Source of the DNA: an uncultured bacterium
Lineage (GTDB): Bacteria > Fidelibacterota > Marinisomatia > SCGC-AAA003-L08 > JACNLC01
Length of the DNA: 64,000 nucleotides
Direction of reading: 5' to 3'
Assembly (NCBI GenBank): GCA_964527215.1
Contig: CAZGNZ010000001.1
Location: 1,276-65,275, forward strand
Part shown: one piece after another, positions 17,745 through 26,537 of the stretch
How positions within the stretch are numbered: the first letter of the stretch is position 1
Layout: every line of letters starts with the position of its first letter
Translations under genes and position numbers: made by a program
Notes under the pieces: generated by a model
Database searches by the model: none
Told to the model about the DNA's origin: nothing
What the model saw: only the letters and a program-made list of their open reading frames with translations

Positions 17745-17937
17745 CGATTTTCCCAAGTATCTGTTTATGTTGAAAAATATGTGATTGAATGAAAGACCAA
17801 AGATACTGGGAAAGAAAATGATCGAACAACACTTATTCAGGAAAAGCCGGAAACTCCGCTTCGTTCGGTTGTGGGCATACAGACCCGTTCAACCGGAAAA
17901 TGACAAGTGACGACGGTTTTTCCTGGAATTGTCCGGG

Positions 17938-19290
17938 TTACCGGTTTTGCTGAAGAATGAAAAGGATCAGGCTGACCGTTAGGCCCGGGTACAGCGGTTC
18001 AACCCCGAACGGATAGACCGGCCAGCCGCCAACTGCGTTCAGCATTCCGTAAATGGTCCAGGCCAGGGAAACGGTCAGTGCGGAGCACATCACCATCATC
18101 GGATGCCTGATTGGTTTGCGGTACATGGCAGCCAGCAGCGGAACCAGCAGCACCGGTACCGCCAGCGAGCCCACGGTGTACCAGATATCCACAACATGGC
18201 GGAACCATCTGGCGATCACTATCGCAGCAGCTCCGGTGATGAGAAGCCCCCATCGGGTGAGCAGGGTGCTGTTGAGTCTGTAAGATTCTCCGAACAGAAT
18301 TTCCGGCAGATCCTTTCCGATGGTATATGCGCTGATAAAGGTAAAACTGTCCACTGTGGACATTACTATCGCGAAGAGAGCCGTGATAAACAAAGCCCGC
18401 GACAACGGGGGAAGAATACGGTCAGCCAATGCCAGGTAGGCGTTTGAGGCAGTGTCTGCCGGCAGAATGGCGGATGCATAGATACCGGTAAAGACGGTTA
18501 GGAAATCGAAAATCAACCAGAAAAGGATTGAAATCAGAATACCTTTCCTGACAGTTGCCTGCGAGTTTCCTGCAAAACAGCGCTGATAGAATCCCGGATC
18601 GATAAATGTAACCAGAGCGATGAAGCCCCAAACCAGAATATAGGTCCAGCTGAGTTTCCCGGGAACGGCAAAGGCGTGTTCCGGGGCGTTTTCACTCAGG
18701 AACTCCCATCCGCCGTACTGAAATACCGCCGTCCCGAGAATTACCGAAAAGCCAAGGAACATCAGAATAAACTGAAAACGATCGGTCCGCACGACCGCAC
18801 CGAATCCGCCGATGACGGCATACACCACGGAAAGGCTCATTCCGATGGTCAGGGCTGCAAGTTCCGGAATATTCCAAATGTGACGGAACAGAACGGCCAG
18901 TATTTTCACATAAGGTGCCGGTGATACGATCAGAAAGACAAAAACAAGCCCCAGAAGCGCAGCTGTCCGGCCGTAATGATGGTGCAGGAATTCGGGAATA
19001 GTGCGAATATTCTGTCGCTGGATGCGGGGGGCAATGGTGAAAACAAACAGCAGGGCGGCTGCATAATAGAATACCCCGAACAGCAGCCAGGTGACAATAC
19101 CATTCTCAAAGGTAAACCGGCCAACCTCCAGAATCCCGCCATACCAAGTGGTGACAAGGGTGGCCACAAATGCCGGTACGGTGAGTTTGCGTCCAGCAAA
19201 CAAGTACGAATCCGGATCTGGCGGAGAACGACGAATGATGCCGATGAAAAGAACAGCTGCAAAATATGTAATGACAAACAGTGAAATCAC
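17938..19290 (-). CDS. Sodium:solute symporter family (SSF) transporter; candidate ThiV-like vitamin-precursor importer
   Basis: 450 aa, GTG start, about 12-13 TM. SSF-type N-terminus YLFAGRKLTVPAFVATLVTTWYGGILEVG. The ThiV-like role is inferred only from its position downstream of the TPP-riboswitch-controlled receptor. Confidence 0.75.
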   Translation of the reverse strand: MISLFVITYFAAVLFIGIIRRSPPDPDSYLFAGRKLTVPAFVATLVTTWYGGILEVGRFTFENGIVTWLLFGVFYYAAALLFVFTIAPRIQRQNIRTIPEFLHHHYGRTAALLGLVFVFLIVSPAPYVKILAVLFRHIWNIPELAALTIGMSLSVVYAVIGGFGAVVRTDRFQFILMFLGFSVILGTAVFQYGGWEFLSENAPEHAFAVPGKLSWTYILVWGFIALVTFIDPGFYQRCFAGNSQATVRKGILISILFWLIFDFLTVFTGIYASAILPADTASNAYLALADRILPPLSRALFITALFAIVMSTVDSFTFISAYTIGKDLPEILFGESYRLNSTLLTRWGLLITGAAAIVIARWFRHVVDIWYTVGSLAVPVLLVPLLAAMYRKPIRHPMMVMCSALTVSLAWTIYGMLNAVGGWPVYPFGVEPLYPGLTVSLILFILQQNR

Positions 19291-19498
19291 AAGAATGCCG
19301 CCTTTGGTTTATACCATCCGTGTAGCGGCGGCAGGCATGAATAATATTCGTAGTTCTGGTTTGCGGTTAACCGAATACGACTTTTTTTCAGCAAACATGA
19401 TCGATTCCTGTATTGAGGAATTGCCGGCATATCGCGGAGTTTTCCAAACATTTTTCCAATACAAAGCATTGATGTCACTGCTGACATGCAGTTTCTGA

Positions 19499-21853
19499 TT
19501 ACAGACGGTAATCAATCCCGAAATACACATTCCGGGTTGCTCCGGGCCAATAGTAGCCGTCTCCCCATAAATAGCCATATGTTTCATACAGCGTATCAAA
19601 TATGTTGTTGGCTTTCAGCTGCAGCGTAGCAGATCCCAGCCTGTACTGTGCTGCCAGATTCACCACGGTATATGCATCAATGGCAGCGTAATCAGTGTTA
19701 TCAGCATCCAGGTATTGTTTCCCCGTGTGCTGAACAGCAACGGTGAAATCCATGTACGATGCAGGCTGATACCCGGCAGTCAGGTTTACCAGCAGATCCG
19801 GGACGACAGGCAGAACATTGTCTTTATGATCTCCCTCGGTGTACGTATTGTTGGACTTACTGCAATTCAGGCTGAAGTTCAGTTGATCAGACATGCTCCA
19901 GCTGGCTTCCATTTCCAATCCGGTATGCAGGGTTCTGTCTGCAGATTCAATATCAAAATCGGATTCTTCGAAATTATAGATATTGGACATTATCTCATTT
20001 TCGTACCGAATGTAGTAAAAATTACAGGCCACCATCCACAATTGACGGTCCATTGAAAATCCAAGCTCAAAATCATCGATTTTTTCAGGTGCGGCATTGT
20101 TGGGGGTTTCAAAAAGTTTATCTGCCTTGAGAATCTGTCCGTCTGACGGTTCTTTTTGAGCGATGCCGTAGCTGCTGTAGAAATTCAGGTCAGGGGTGTG
20201 GCGGTAGTAGAGTCCGATCCGCGGATTGAAGAAATCCCAGTCTGCTTCAATGTTATACCCTGAAAAATTCCCAATTTGATCCTGGATCAGATTCCAGTCA
20301 TGGCGTTGATACTGAAGGTCTGCTGTAGCCGTAAACTTGCCGTGCGTCAGAACGTTGTGGATGAAGGCAGTCTGGGATGTCTTCCGTCCGGAATAGCTGT
20401 AGTATCGATAGATATCGGGAATTATTTCATCAAATTCCGGATGATCCAGCTGATGAAGTTCACCGAAGTGCTGGCCTTCATATTGACGCATTTCCAAACC
20501 TGCATCAATTCGCCAGTTTTGTCCGGTATGACTGAGTGTGGGCACAATTCCGTAATAGTGGTTTCGAATCCAGCGTCGTTTATTGAATTCAATGAGATCG
20601 CTGTCCTGAGTCGGAGTGTCGGGATAGTAGAAATCCAGGTTCAGCTGGGCAAGGCTGGTGTCCCGAAACGCCTGGAAACCAGCATGGGAATCGTTTACAT
20701 CATAGTAGCAGTAATCAGGTGAACCGTAATATCCGCTTCCGGTCACCAGATAGGCAACGTTTCGCAGCATGGTGTTTTCCGAGAGAAAGAAAGCCGAGTT
20801 GAAACTGTAGATCTGCTGCAGAAAATCATCAACAAACGGTATGGACCACAGCATTTTTTCGGTCCTCAGATCCCGGTCATCCGCCATTTCCCGGCTGATT
20901 CCATCCCAGATAAGATGGCTGCGCTCCTTTCCAATGAGCATCCTGAACTGGTTTCTGAATGCACCCGAGTTTGCTTCAATCCCCGCTGAAAATGCAGTCT
21001 GTCGGGAATCGGAGTATTCACGATATCCATCGCTGGTCACGTTGGATACTCTGAATGAGGCACTCAGGTCTTCCCCCAGGCGTTTTCCGGTCTGATACCG
21101 GATATTGGCCTTTTGGGTATTGTAGCTGCCGCCCAGTACCGAGATCGCCAGCTGCTCCTCATCGGACGCAATGCGGGTCTGAACGTTTATGGACCCGCCG
21201 AAGGACGCAGCCCCGTAAAGACTGTTGCCTACACCGCGCTGGATGACCACCTCATCAGCATCGGCAAGAATATCACCGTGGTCCACCCAGTACACCTGAT
21301 GGCTTTCATTATCGTTCAGGGGAACGTCGTCAATCATAACGGCGATGCGGCTTTGGTCGAACCCGCGAATTGAGACGTAGGAATATCCGGTCCCGTTACC
21401 CGATTCACTGTACGCATATACACCGGGTTCGGATCGCAGAATCATGGGGACATCCTCTGCGGAATAGTGGCGGCTGATTTCGTCTTCGGTGAGTCTCGAG
21501 TGCGACACGGGGGTGATTCCCGGTACGATGCGGGTAGCGGAAATCTCCAGAGCCGGAATCTGTATCGCCTTTGGCTGTAAAAGAACAGTCAGAGTGGACG
21601 GACTGGCCGCCACGATGGTGGTTTCATATCCAATATGAGACACTGTAAATGCCCCTCTTACAGGGACTTCCAGACTGAAACGGCCGCTGGAATCGGTAAC
21701 TGTCCCTGAAACGTCAGTGAAAACATTGACTTCCTGAATCGGCTGACGGGTTGCGGCATCCAGAACGGTGCCTGAACATTGGATGGTTTTGCTTTGAGAT
21801 GCAAGAATTGAAAGAAGAAATGAAAAAAGCAGATACGGCAGAAACGAACGCAT
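19499..21853 (-). CDS. TonB-dependent outer-membrane receptor with N-terminal carboxypeptidase-regulatory-like domain
   Basis: 784 aa. Signal peptide, then CarboxypepD_reg-like GTVLDAATRQPIQEVNVF...GRFSLEV, plug region SYVSIRGFDQSRIAVMIDDVPLND, and C-terminal beta-barrel ending YFGIDYRL. Confidence 0.88.
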   Translation of the reverse strand: MRSFLPYLLFSFLLSILASQSKTIQCSGTVLDAATRQPIQEVNVFTDVSGTVTDSSGRFSLEVPVRGAFTVSHIGYETTIVAASPSTLTVLLQPKAIQIPALEISATRIVPGITPVSHSRLTEDEISRHYSAEDVPMILRSEPGVYAYSESGNGTGYSYVSIRGFDQSRIAVMIDDVPLNDNESHQVYWVDHGDILADADEVVIQRGVGNSLYGAASFGGSINVQTRIASDEEQLAISVLGGSYNTQKANIRYQTGKRLGEDLSASFRVSNVTSDGYREYSDSRQTAFSAGIEANSGAFRNQFRMLIGKERSHLIWDGISREMADDRDLRTEKMLWSIPFVDDFLQQIYSFNSAFFLSENTMLRNVAYLVTGSGYYGSPDYCYYDVNDSHAGFQAFRDTSLAQLNLDFYYPDTPTQDSDLIEFNKRRWIRNHYYGIVPTLSHTGQNWRIDAGLEMRQYEGQHFGELHQLDHPEFDEIIPDIYRYYSYSGRKTSQTAFIHNVLTHGKFTATADLQYQRHDWNLIQDQIGNFSGYNIEADWDFFNPRIGLYYRHTPDLNFYSSYGIAQKEPSDGQILKADKLFETPNNAAPEKIDDFELGFSMDRQLWMVACNFYYIRYENEIMSNIYNFEESDFDIESADRTLHTGLEMEASWSMSDQLNFSLNCSKSNNTYTEGDHKDNVLPVVPDLLVNLTAGYQPASYMDFTVAVQHTGKQYLDADNTDYAAIDAYTVVNLAAQYRLGSATLQLKANNIFDTLYETYGYLWGDGYYWPGATRNVYFGIDYRL

Positions 21854-21854
21854 T

Positions 21855-21950
21855 TGGTTTCCCTCCGCTAGAATTACCTAGATCAGGTTTTAAGGGTGTG
21901 ATCTCAGCCGCTTGCCTCAGGAAACACCGCAAACAGCACCCCTAACAACT
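21855..21950 (-). promoter_or_regulatory. TPP (thiamine pyrophosphate, THI-box) riboswitch
   Basis: Minus-strand RNA is AGUUGUUAGGGGUGCUGUUUGCGGUGUUUCCUGAGGCAAGCGGCUGAGAUCACACCCUUAAAACCUGAUCUAGGUAAUUCUAGCGGAGGGAAACCAAAUG. It contains the conserved GGGGUGC, CUGAGA, ACCCUU and AACCUGAUCUnGnUAAUnCnAGCGnAGGGAA blocks, with a compensated P5-type stem (CUAGGU/UCUAG) and an 8-bp variable P3 stem. Its 3' end carries the SD (GGAGGG) of the downstream receptor. Confidence 0.9.
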
Positions 21951-22003
21951 GGCGAAATTTAATCAGATACGGAGGAAAATCCCAATTGTGAAAATGCGTG
22001 GTA

Positions 22004-23317
22004 TCAACGATCGATATTCAGGCGGTAGTACTCGATCATGGCGGATAGGGAATGCTGTACATAATCGATTCGGAACTCTGTGTCCCGCGGTTTCTGCTTA
22101 TCTTTGGATTTAAACCAGTCTGGGTGCAGTCTGGGGAACGCCCCTGCCAGAGGTCCCCGAACCGACTGACCCGCAGTCAGGAAACGCAGACCTTCATCCA
22201 CAGCCGAATCGAATAAGGATGTGTCGTCAAGGAACCCGGCAGCTGCCAGAAGCCCCTCCAGTCGAGTGGCTGCCGGTGCAAGACGGCCGTCCCATACAAG
22301 ACATCCGGAATTTGGAAACAGATCATTGCATTCGCGAAACTCACTGGTGATCTGGCCGGCAATTTGTTTCGCATGATGACGGAGTGTATCGGAGATGGTC
22401 GGCTCCAGCTCCGGACTGGTATCAAGCAGTTTTCGAGTAGCGATAAGGGCCCAGTGATCAGCGGGAACGACAGAGTCATTGTACCGGCTTCGGGATAGAA
22501 ACAGCAGGGCGTTCAGTGCAGAATTCCGCCATTTCGGATCGGGATCAATATCATGGAGCATTAACAGTCCCAACGCTGCCTCTCCCGGGTAGTACAGTGA
22601 ATGCCAGGACAGATCTCTTCCGCCGTGTCCCGGACGATAACGGGACACAAATCCGCCGTTTGGCTGCTGCATCCACAGAAGAAATGAACCCAGTGCCTGC
22701 AGTGTATCCAGACCAATAAACTCCGAATCCCGGACTGCCAGTCCGGCAAGGGCAACCAGTCCCAGCCCTGTGCCGCCCAGCTTGGCCTGATAGGGGTTTT
22801 TGTTGTTGGTGATTTTTGGGACGGACCAGACTGCTTTCAGGCTGGACTCAAACTCCAATCCCTGGATGGTATTGTTTTTCAGAAATTTTCCTGCATTGCG
22901 AAGGGATTTGGAATGAGATTCGTTTTTAAGAATTCCGGATTCGTAGGTATCCATCGCATACATCGTTCCGGCATGCCTGAGGATATTATACTTTTTGCCT
23001 GCGGGGTAATTCAGATTTGGATTGGCGGCATATCTGAACTGGCCGTTTTGATCCACGGATTCTGATATATATCTGTAGGCCAGAGACATCCTGTCTTCAA
23101 GGAAACTTCCGGTCAGTTCGATGATGTCTCTGTCGAATTGATCCAGATATGCTGGTCTGTCAAATAGAATTTCCTTTTGGTTCATCTGATTAAAATTCAA
23201 AGTGGATTCATGCAGAGAAGAAATCTTTTTATCCTGCAGAACAGTGTAGATTATGGTGTTGACAGCAAAAATCCCTACGGCAACGGCAAGAAATCGAATG
23301 ATGTGTTTTTTATTCAT
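22004..23317 (-). CDS. Membrane-anchored protein of unknown function, alpha/alpha-toroid-like repeats (six-hairpin/terpenoid-cyclase-like fold suspected)
   Basis: 437 aa. N-terminal TM IIRFLAVAVGIFAVNTIIYTVL. Recurrent helix-hairpin motifs: NILRHAGTMYAM, GGTGLGLVALAGL, QQPNGGFVSRY, YYPGEAALGLLML. Confidence 0.4.
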   Translation of the reverse strand: MNKKHIIRFLAVAVGIFAVNTIIYTVLQDKKISSLHESTLNFNQMNQKEILFDRPAYLDQFDRDIIELTGSFLEDRMSLAYRYISESVDQNGQFRYAANPNLNYPAGKKYNILRHAGTMYAMDTYESGILKNESHSKSLRNAGKFLKNNTIQGLEFESSLKAVWSVPKITNNKNPYQAKLGGTGLGLVALAGLAVRDSEFIGLDTLQALGSFLLWMQQPNGGFVSRYRPGHGGRDLSWHSLYYPGEAALGLLMLHDIDPDPKWRNSALNALLFLSRSRYNDSVVPADHWALIATRKLLDTSPELEPTISDTLRHHAKQIAGQITSEFRECNDLFPNSGCLVWDGRLAPAATRLEGLLAAAGFLDDTSLFDSAVDEGLRFLTAGQSVRGPLAGAFPRLHPDWFKSKDKQKPRDTEFRIDYVQHSLSAMIEYYRLNIDR

Positions 23318-23430
23318 TTCTGATGATTTTAATGTTATTTAATATGGAGTAAAATTAGCTGGTACAGGGAATTCTGGAAACAGAAATCTGGCCGTCAGGA
23401 TTTGACTTGACCCGCATTATTCCTGAGACC

Positions 23431-23638
23431 CTGTGATGAGATGATGAAAATGTATTGATGCCGAAAAAGCAAGAATTCGACACAATTAATACGTGAAGAT
23501 CATTGAAGCTTTTTCCCGTTAAAGTACCTATGGGATTCACATTCTCCAGGGCATATGAAGAAACATGTTTGAAATCGCACTGGACAGCACGTCGAGAACA
23601 TTTTTCGATTAGAATTGAAAATCCGTTTCCTGACGGAC
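23431..23638. repeat. Intergenic repeat, copy A (about 208 nt)
   Basis: Aligns by eye at roughly 75-80% identity with 35862-36022 plus 36178-36219. Shared blocks include CCGTTAAAGnACCnATGGGATTCACnTTCTCCA and AACATTTTTCGAnTAGAATTGAAAATCCGTnTnCTGACGGAC. Confidence 0.8.
23612..23638 (-). terminator. Candidate terminator of the dehydrogenase gene (lies inside repeat copy A)
   Basis: The minus strand reads TCCGTCAGGAAACGGA (6-bp stem including one G-U pair) followed by TTTTCAATTC, 56 nt after the stop at 23694. Confidence 0.5.
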
Positions 23639-23693
23639 GCCGGAATTTTGACCGTATCCATTATCGGAATGTATTTCTCATAAAAGATTCGGG

Positions 23694-24704
23694 TTAAACC
23701 GTCACCTGGATTTTCCCCGGTCGATATCCGGCCGCCATTTTCTGAAGCGTCTCGGGCAGATTCGACAGTTCAATGGTTTGGCTGATCAGCGGAAGCAATG
23801 ACAGTTTTCCGGAATCGGTCAGATTCACTGCATCTGAAAATTCATCATGATAGGTCAGTGAGCCCATGATTTTCCAGTTATTCTGAAAAACATCAAATGG
23901 ACTGAAGCTGGATGATTTACGATGGTCGTACACGCCAAAAATCAGTGCTTGTCCGCCAGGACCGAGATGGGCCAGCAGCGATTCAATTACCTTGTGGTTC
24001 CCTGTGGCTTCCACACTTATGGGCCACCCGTTGGGGCAGATATCATGAAGACGGTGATGAAACCCGGGCTGCGACTTGACGGTGTTCATTATCCCAATGC
24101 TTCTGGCAGCACCCAGCCTCTCAGGCAGTCGGTCCGTAATGGTCACCGGAATATCATAAATATACTGCAGAATCTGAGCATGAAGCAGACCGATCGCGCC
24201 TGCTCCCCAAACCAATGCCTGACGACAGTGATTCAGATTCAGCTGTTTCAGGCCATAAAGAACACAGGCCAGCGGTTCACAGAAAGCGGCTTCACCGGGC
24301 TCGGCATTCCGCAGCGGATGCACATGGGATGATGGAACTGCGAGAAGCTCGGCAAATCCGCCGTTTCGAGTAACGCCTACGGCCTGGCTTGACCGGCACA
24401 GGTTACTCCGGCCGGACTGGCAGAATTCACAGCTGCCGCAGCGAATATTGGGGTCTACGGTAACCAGATCTCCTGTGGAGAAACCGGATTCTGTTCCGTT
24501 TAAATCCAGAACGACTGCCGCGATTTCGTGACACGGAACAATGGGAAAACCACCCGTGAAACTGCCCTTGAGTATATGAATGTCTGTTCCGCATATTCCG
24601 CCTAAGACCGGTTTCAAAAGGACCTCGTTTTTCTGCAGCTGTGGATCAGGAATGGTGTCCACGGAAATTTGATTGGGACCCGTAATTTGAACGCATCGCA
24701 TCAT
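23694..24704 (-). CDS. Zinc-dependent alcohol/threonine-dehydrogenase-like oxidoreductase (MDR family)
   Basis: GGICGTDIHILKG, structural-zinc motif CGSCEFCQSGRSNLC and nucleotide-binding VWGAGAIGLL. Confidence 0.85.
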   Translation of the reverse strand: MMRCVQITGPNQISVDTIPDPQLQKNEVLLKPVLGGICGTDIHILKGSFTGGFPIVPCHEIAAVVLDLNGTESGFSTGDLVTVDPNIRCGSCEFCQSGRSNLCRSSQAVGVTRNGGFAELLAVPSSHVHPLRNAEPGEAAFCEPLACVLYGLKQLNLNHCRQALVWGAGAIGLLHAQILQYIYDIPVTITDRLPERLGAARSIGIMNTVKSQPGFHHRLHDICPNGWPISVEATGNHKVIESLLAHLGPGGQALIFGVYDHRKSSSFSPFDVFQNNWKIMGSLTYHDEFSDAVNLTDSGKLSLLPLISQTIELSNLPETLQKMAAGYRPGKIQVTV

Positions 24705-24818
24705 TCTGCTCCTGTAATTATTTTGGGTGTCGAAAGTATAGCAATGGATTTATCCTGAGAGCTGAATCCGGCAGGCTGGTACAGCCGGTTCGCAGTGCAG
24801 CGGATTCTGTTGGCCGGA

Positions 24819-25649
24819 TTACGGCTGTTTGAGCAGGAGCTCGCTTTGACTGATTTTGAATTCTTCAATATGAAAATCGCTCAGCCGGAAAACCGAAGAA
24901 ACCCCGCAGTTTTCTGCAACCGACTGCACTGAGAAAGGGATTTTTCCAATATAAATTCGAGTTCTGTCATCAAAAATCAGGTGACCCTCCTCCTGAACTG
25001 GGTAGAGGTCCAGTCCGATATACAGCTCCCCGGCGTTTTTCGCAGGGATGATGGATGTCACAAATTCAAGTCCTTTTTCGGCAATGCCTGGGAGTTCGCT
25101 CTTCGGCAGCGTATTTAAATCGACAATAAATTCTGCAAGCGCATGATCCGGTTCCAGTTTGATCTGATAGTTTTTGATTGATCTGCCGACATCCAATCCG
25201 GTTTCAAGATAAATTCGCATCAGGAAATGGGGAATCACCTGGGTTTGATGAAGCCGGAGCAGGGTTTGATTTTCTATATCCCGAAGCAGAGTTTCAGCGG
25301 CATCAGCCGTTTCTATGGGAGTCTGAGGACGTTGAGCTGGATGATGTCCTCCTGCCTGATGTGACTGACTGTCATCGTTTCGGGGCTGATCCCCTGAAGG
25401 ATGATGGCTGTCACTGGTTCGAGAGAAATATTCCAACAGATTCTGATATTGGTTTCTGGAATCATCATCAGAGAAAGCGATGTCCGGAGCCGGGCAGACA
25501 AGGTGAGCAGACCTGTTTGCTTTCGGTGGCAGCTGTCCAATGCCGCCTGGATGGGTTTGGGTTCCGCTGTTTTTGGCCCAGTCCGGCTGGTAGGTGAGAT
25601 TCTGCCTGAATTTTATTCCTGCAAAAACCAGAAGGGCAGCTATTGCCAA
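24819..25649 (-). CDS. Hypothetical membrane-anchored protein with His/Gln/Asp-rich linker
   Basis: 276 aa from a TTG start. The hydrophobic N-terminus appears truncated, so the true start is uncertain. Low-complexity stretch SDSHHPSGDQPRNDDSQSHQAGGHHPAQRPQ. No motif recognised. Confidence 0.45.
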   Translation of the reverse strand: MAIAALLVFAGIKFRQNLTYQPDWAKNSGTQTHPGGIGQLPPKANRSAHLVCPAPDIAFSDDDSRNQYQNLLEYFSRTSDSHHPSGDQPRNDDSQSHQAGGHHPAQRPQTPIETADAAETLLRDIENQTLLRLHQTQVIPHFLMRIYLETGLDVGRSIKNYQIKLEPDHALAEFIVDLNTLPKSELPGIAEKGLEFVTSIIPAKNAGELYIGLDLYPVQEEGHLIFDDRTRIYIGKIPFSVQSVAENCGVSSVFRLSDFHIEEFKISQSELLLKQP

Positions 25650-25695
25650 TGCGATGAGTGTAATGTTTCGAATGCTTGGACTCCTGTCAAGCGGT

Positions 25696-26529
25696 TCAGT
25701 GAATCGGGATGATCATGTCCAGATATAATTCCCATTCGGAAGATTCCATTACCCATACTCTCAGAAAACTCATTTTCCGGGGTTCCGTCTCATCCGTTCC
25801 TGTTTCTTCTCCGGTTCCGACAACGACTCCGAATCGATTTTCAGAATCGGTTCGAGTAATCAGCCGATGCCATTCCCACGACGACGTCATCCTGTCCCGG
25901 AAAAATTCTGACTGAGAGAGGATGCTGTCAGCATGAGTATCCGGCCAGATTCCGATAAAATTTTCAGAAATGACGGAAGCATATGTGCCGAATGCGTCAG
26001 CAGGGAGCCGTCCTGTAAACAAACTGTCGATTTCTGAAAGGGTGGTTTGAGTCGGTATTGGCTGAGAATCCAAAGGGATCAACCCAGAAAAAGCTTCAGC
26101 ACCGAATGCGGCATGTACCGCGGCAGTACTGGCATCCACCATGATTTTCCATTCTGTGTTCTGTTTTTCCCAGACTGTGCAGTATAATCCTGAATATATG
26201 ATGGTATCCGACTGTCCGGTGACCCTGAATGTTGACCAGTTTCCGTGTGTTAATCCCAAGTCGCCGTCAGGTGCCATTCGCTCTGTTTTCGGCGTCCATG
26301 TCAGTTGGGTATCACTGTCCGGCATGATGCGGTACCAGTCAACGGCCATAATCGGATTGGGAGAAAAAGTGACTGCCTGCGGACTGAGGACTTTCAGAAA
26401 AGCAGTTTTGATATCACTTTGCTGACAACTTTGCAGCAGGCGTTGATCCTGATCAAGCAATATACCTGCCTGAAGCATACTAAGAAGGAACGCGCCAGCA
26501 GCCAGCTGCGATTTAAACCCTTTCTTCAT
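25696..26529 (-). CDS. Secreted protein with two NTF2/SnoaL-like (DUF4440-like) domains
   Basis: Signal peptide MKKGFKSQLAAGAFLLSMLQAG. Two copies of the ...W.K....W.I..D pattern: LYCTVWEKQNTEWKIMVD and FLRVWVMESSEWELYLDM. Confidence 0.45.
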   Translation of the reverse strand: MKKGFKSQLAAGAFLLSMLQAGILLDQDQRLLQSCQQSDIKTAFLKVLSPQAVTFSPNPIMAVDWYRIMPDSDTQLTWTPKTERMAPDGDLGLTHGNWSTFRVTGQSDTIIYSGLYCTVWEKQNTEWKIMVDASTAAVHAAFGAEAFSGLIPLDSQPIPTQTTLSEIDSLFTGRLPADAFGTYASVISENFIGIWPDTHADSILSQSEFFRDRMTSSWEWHRLITRTDSENRFGVVVGTGEETGTDETEPRKMSFLRVWVMESSEWELYLDMIIPIH

Positions 26530-26537
26530 CCTGAATG

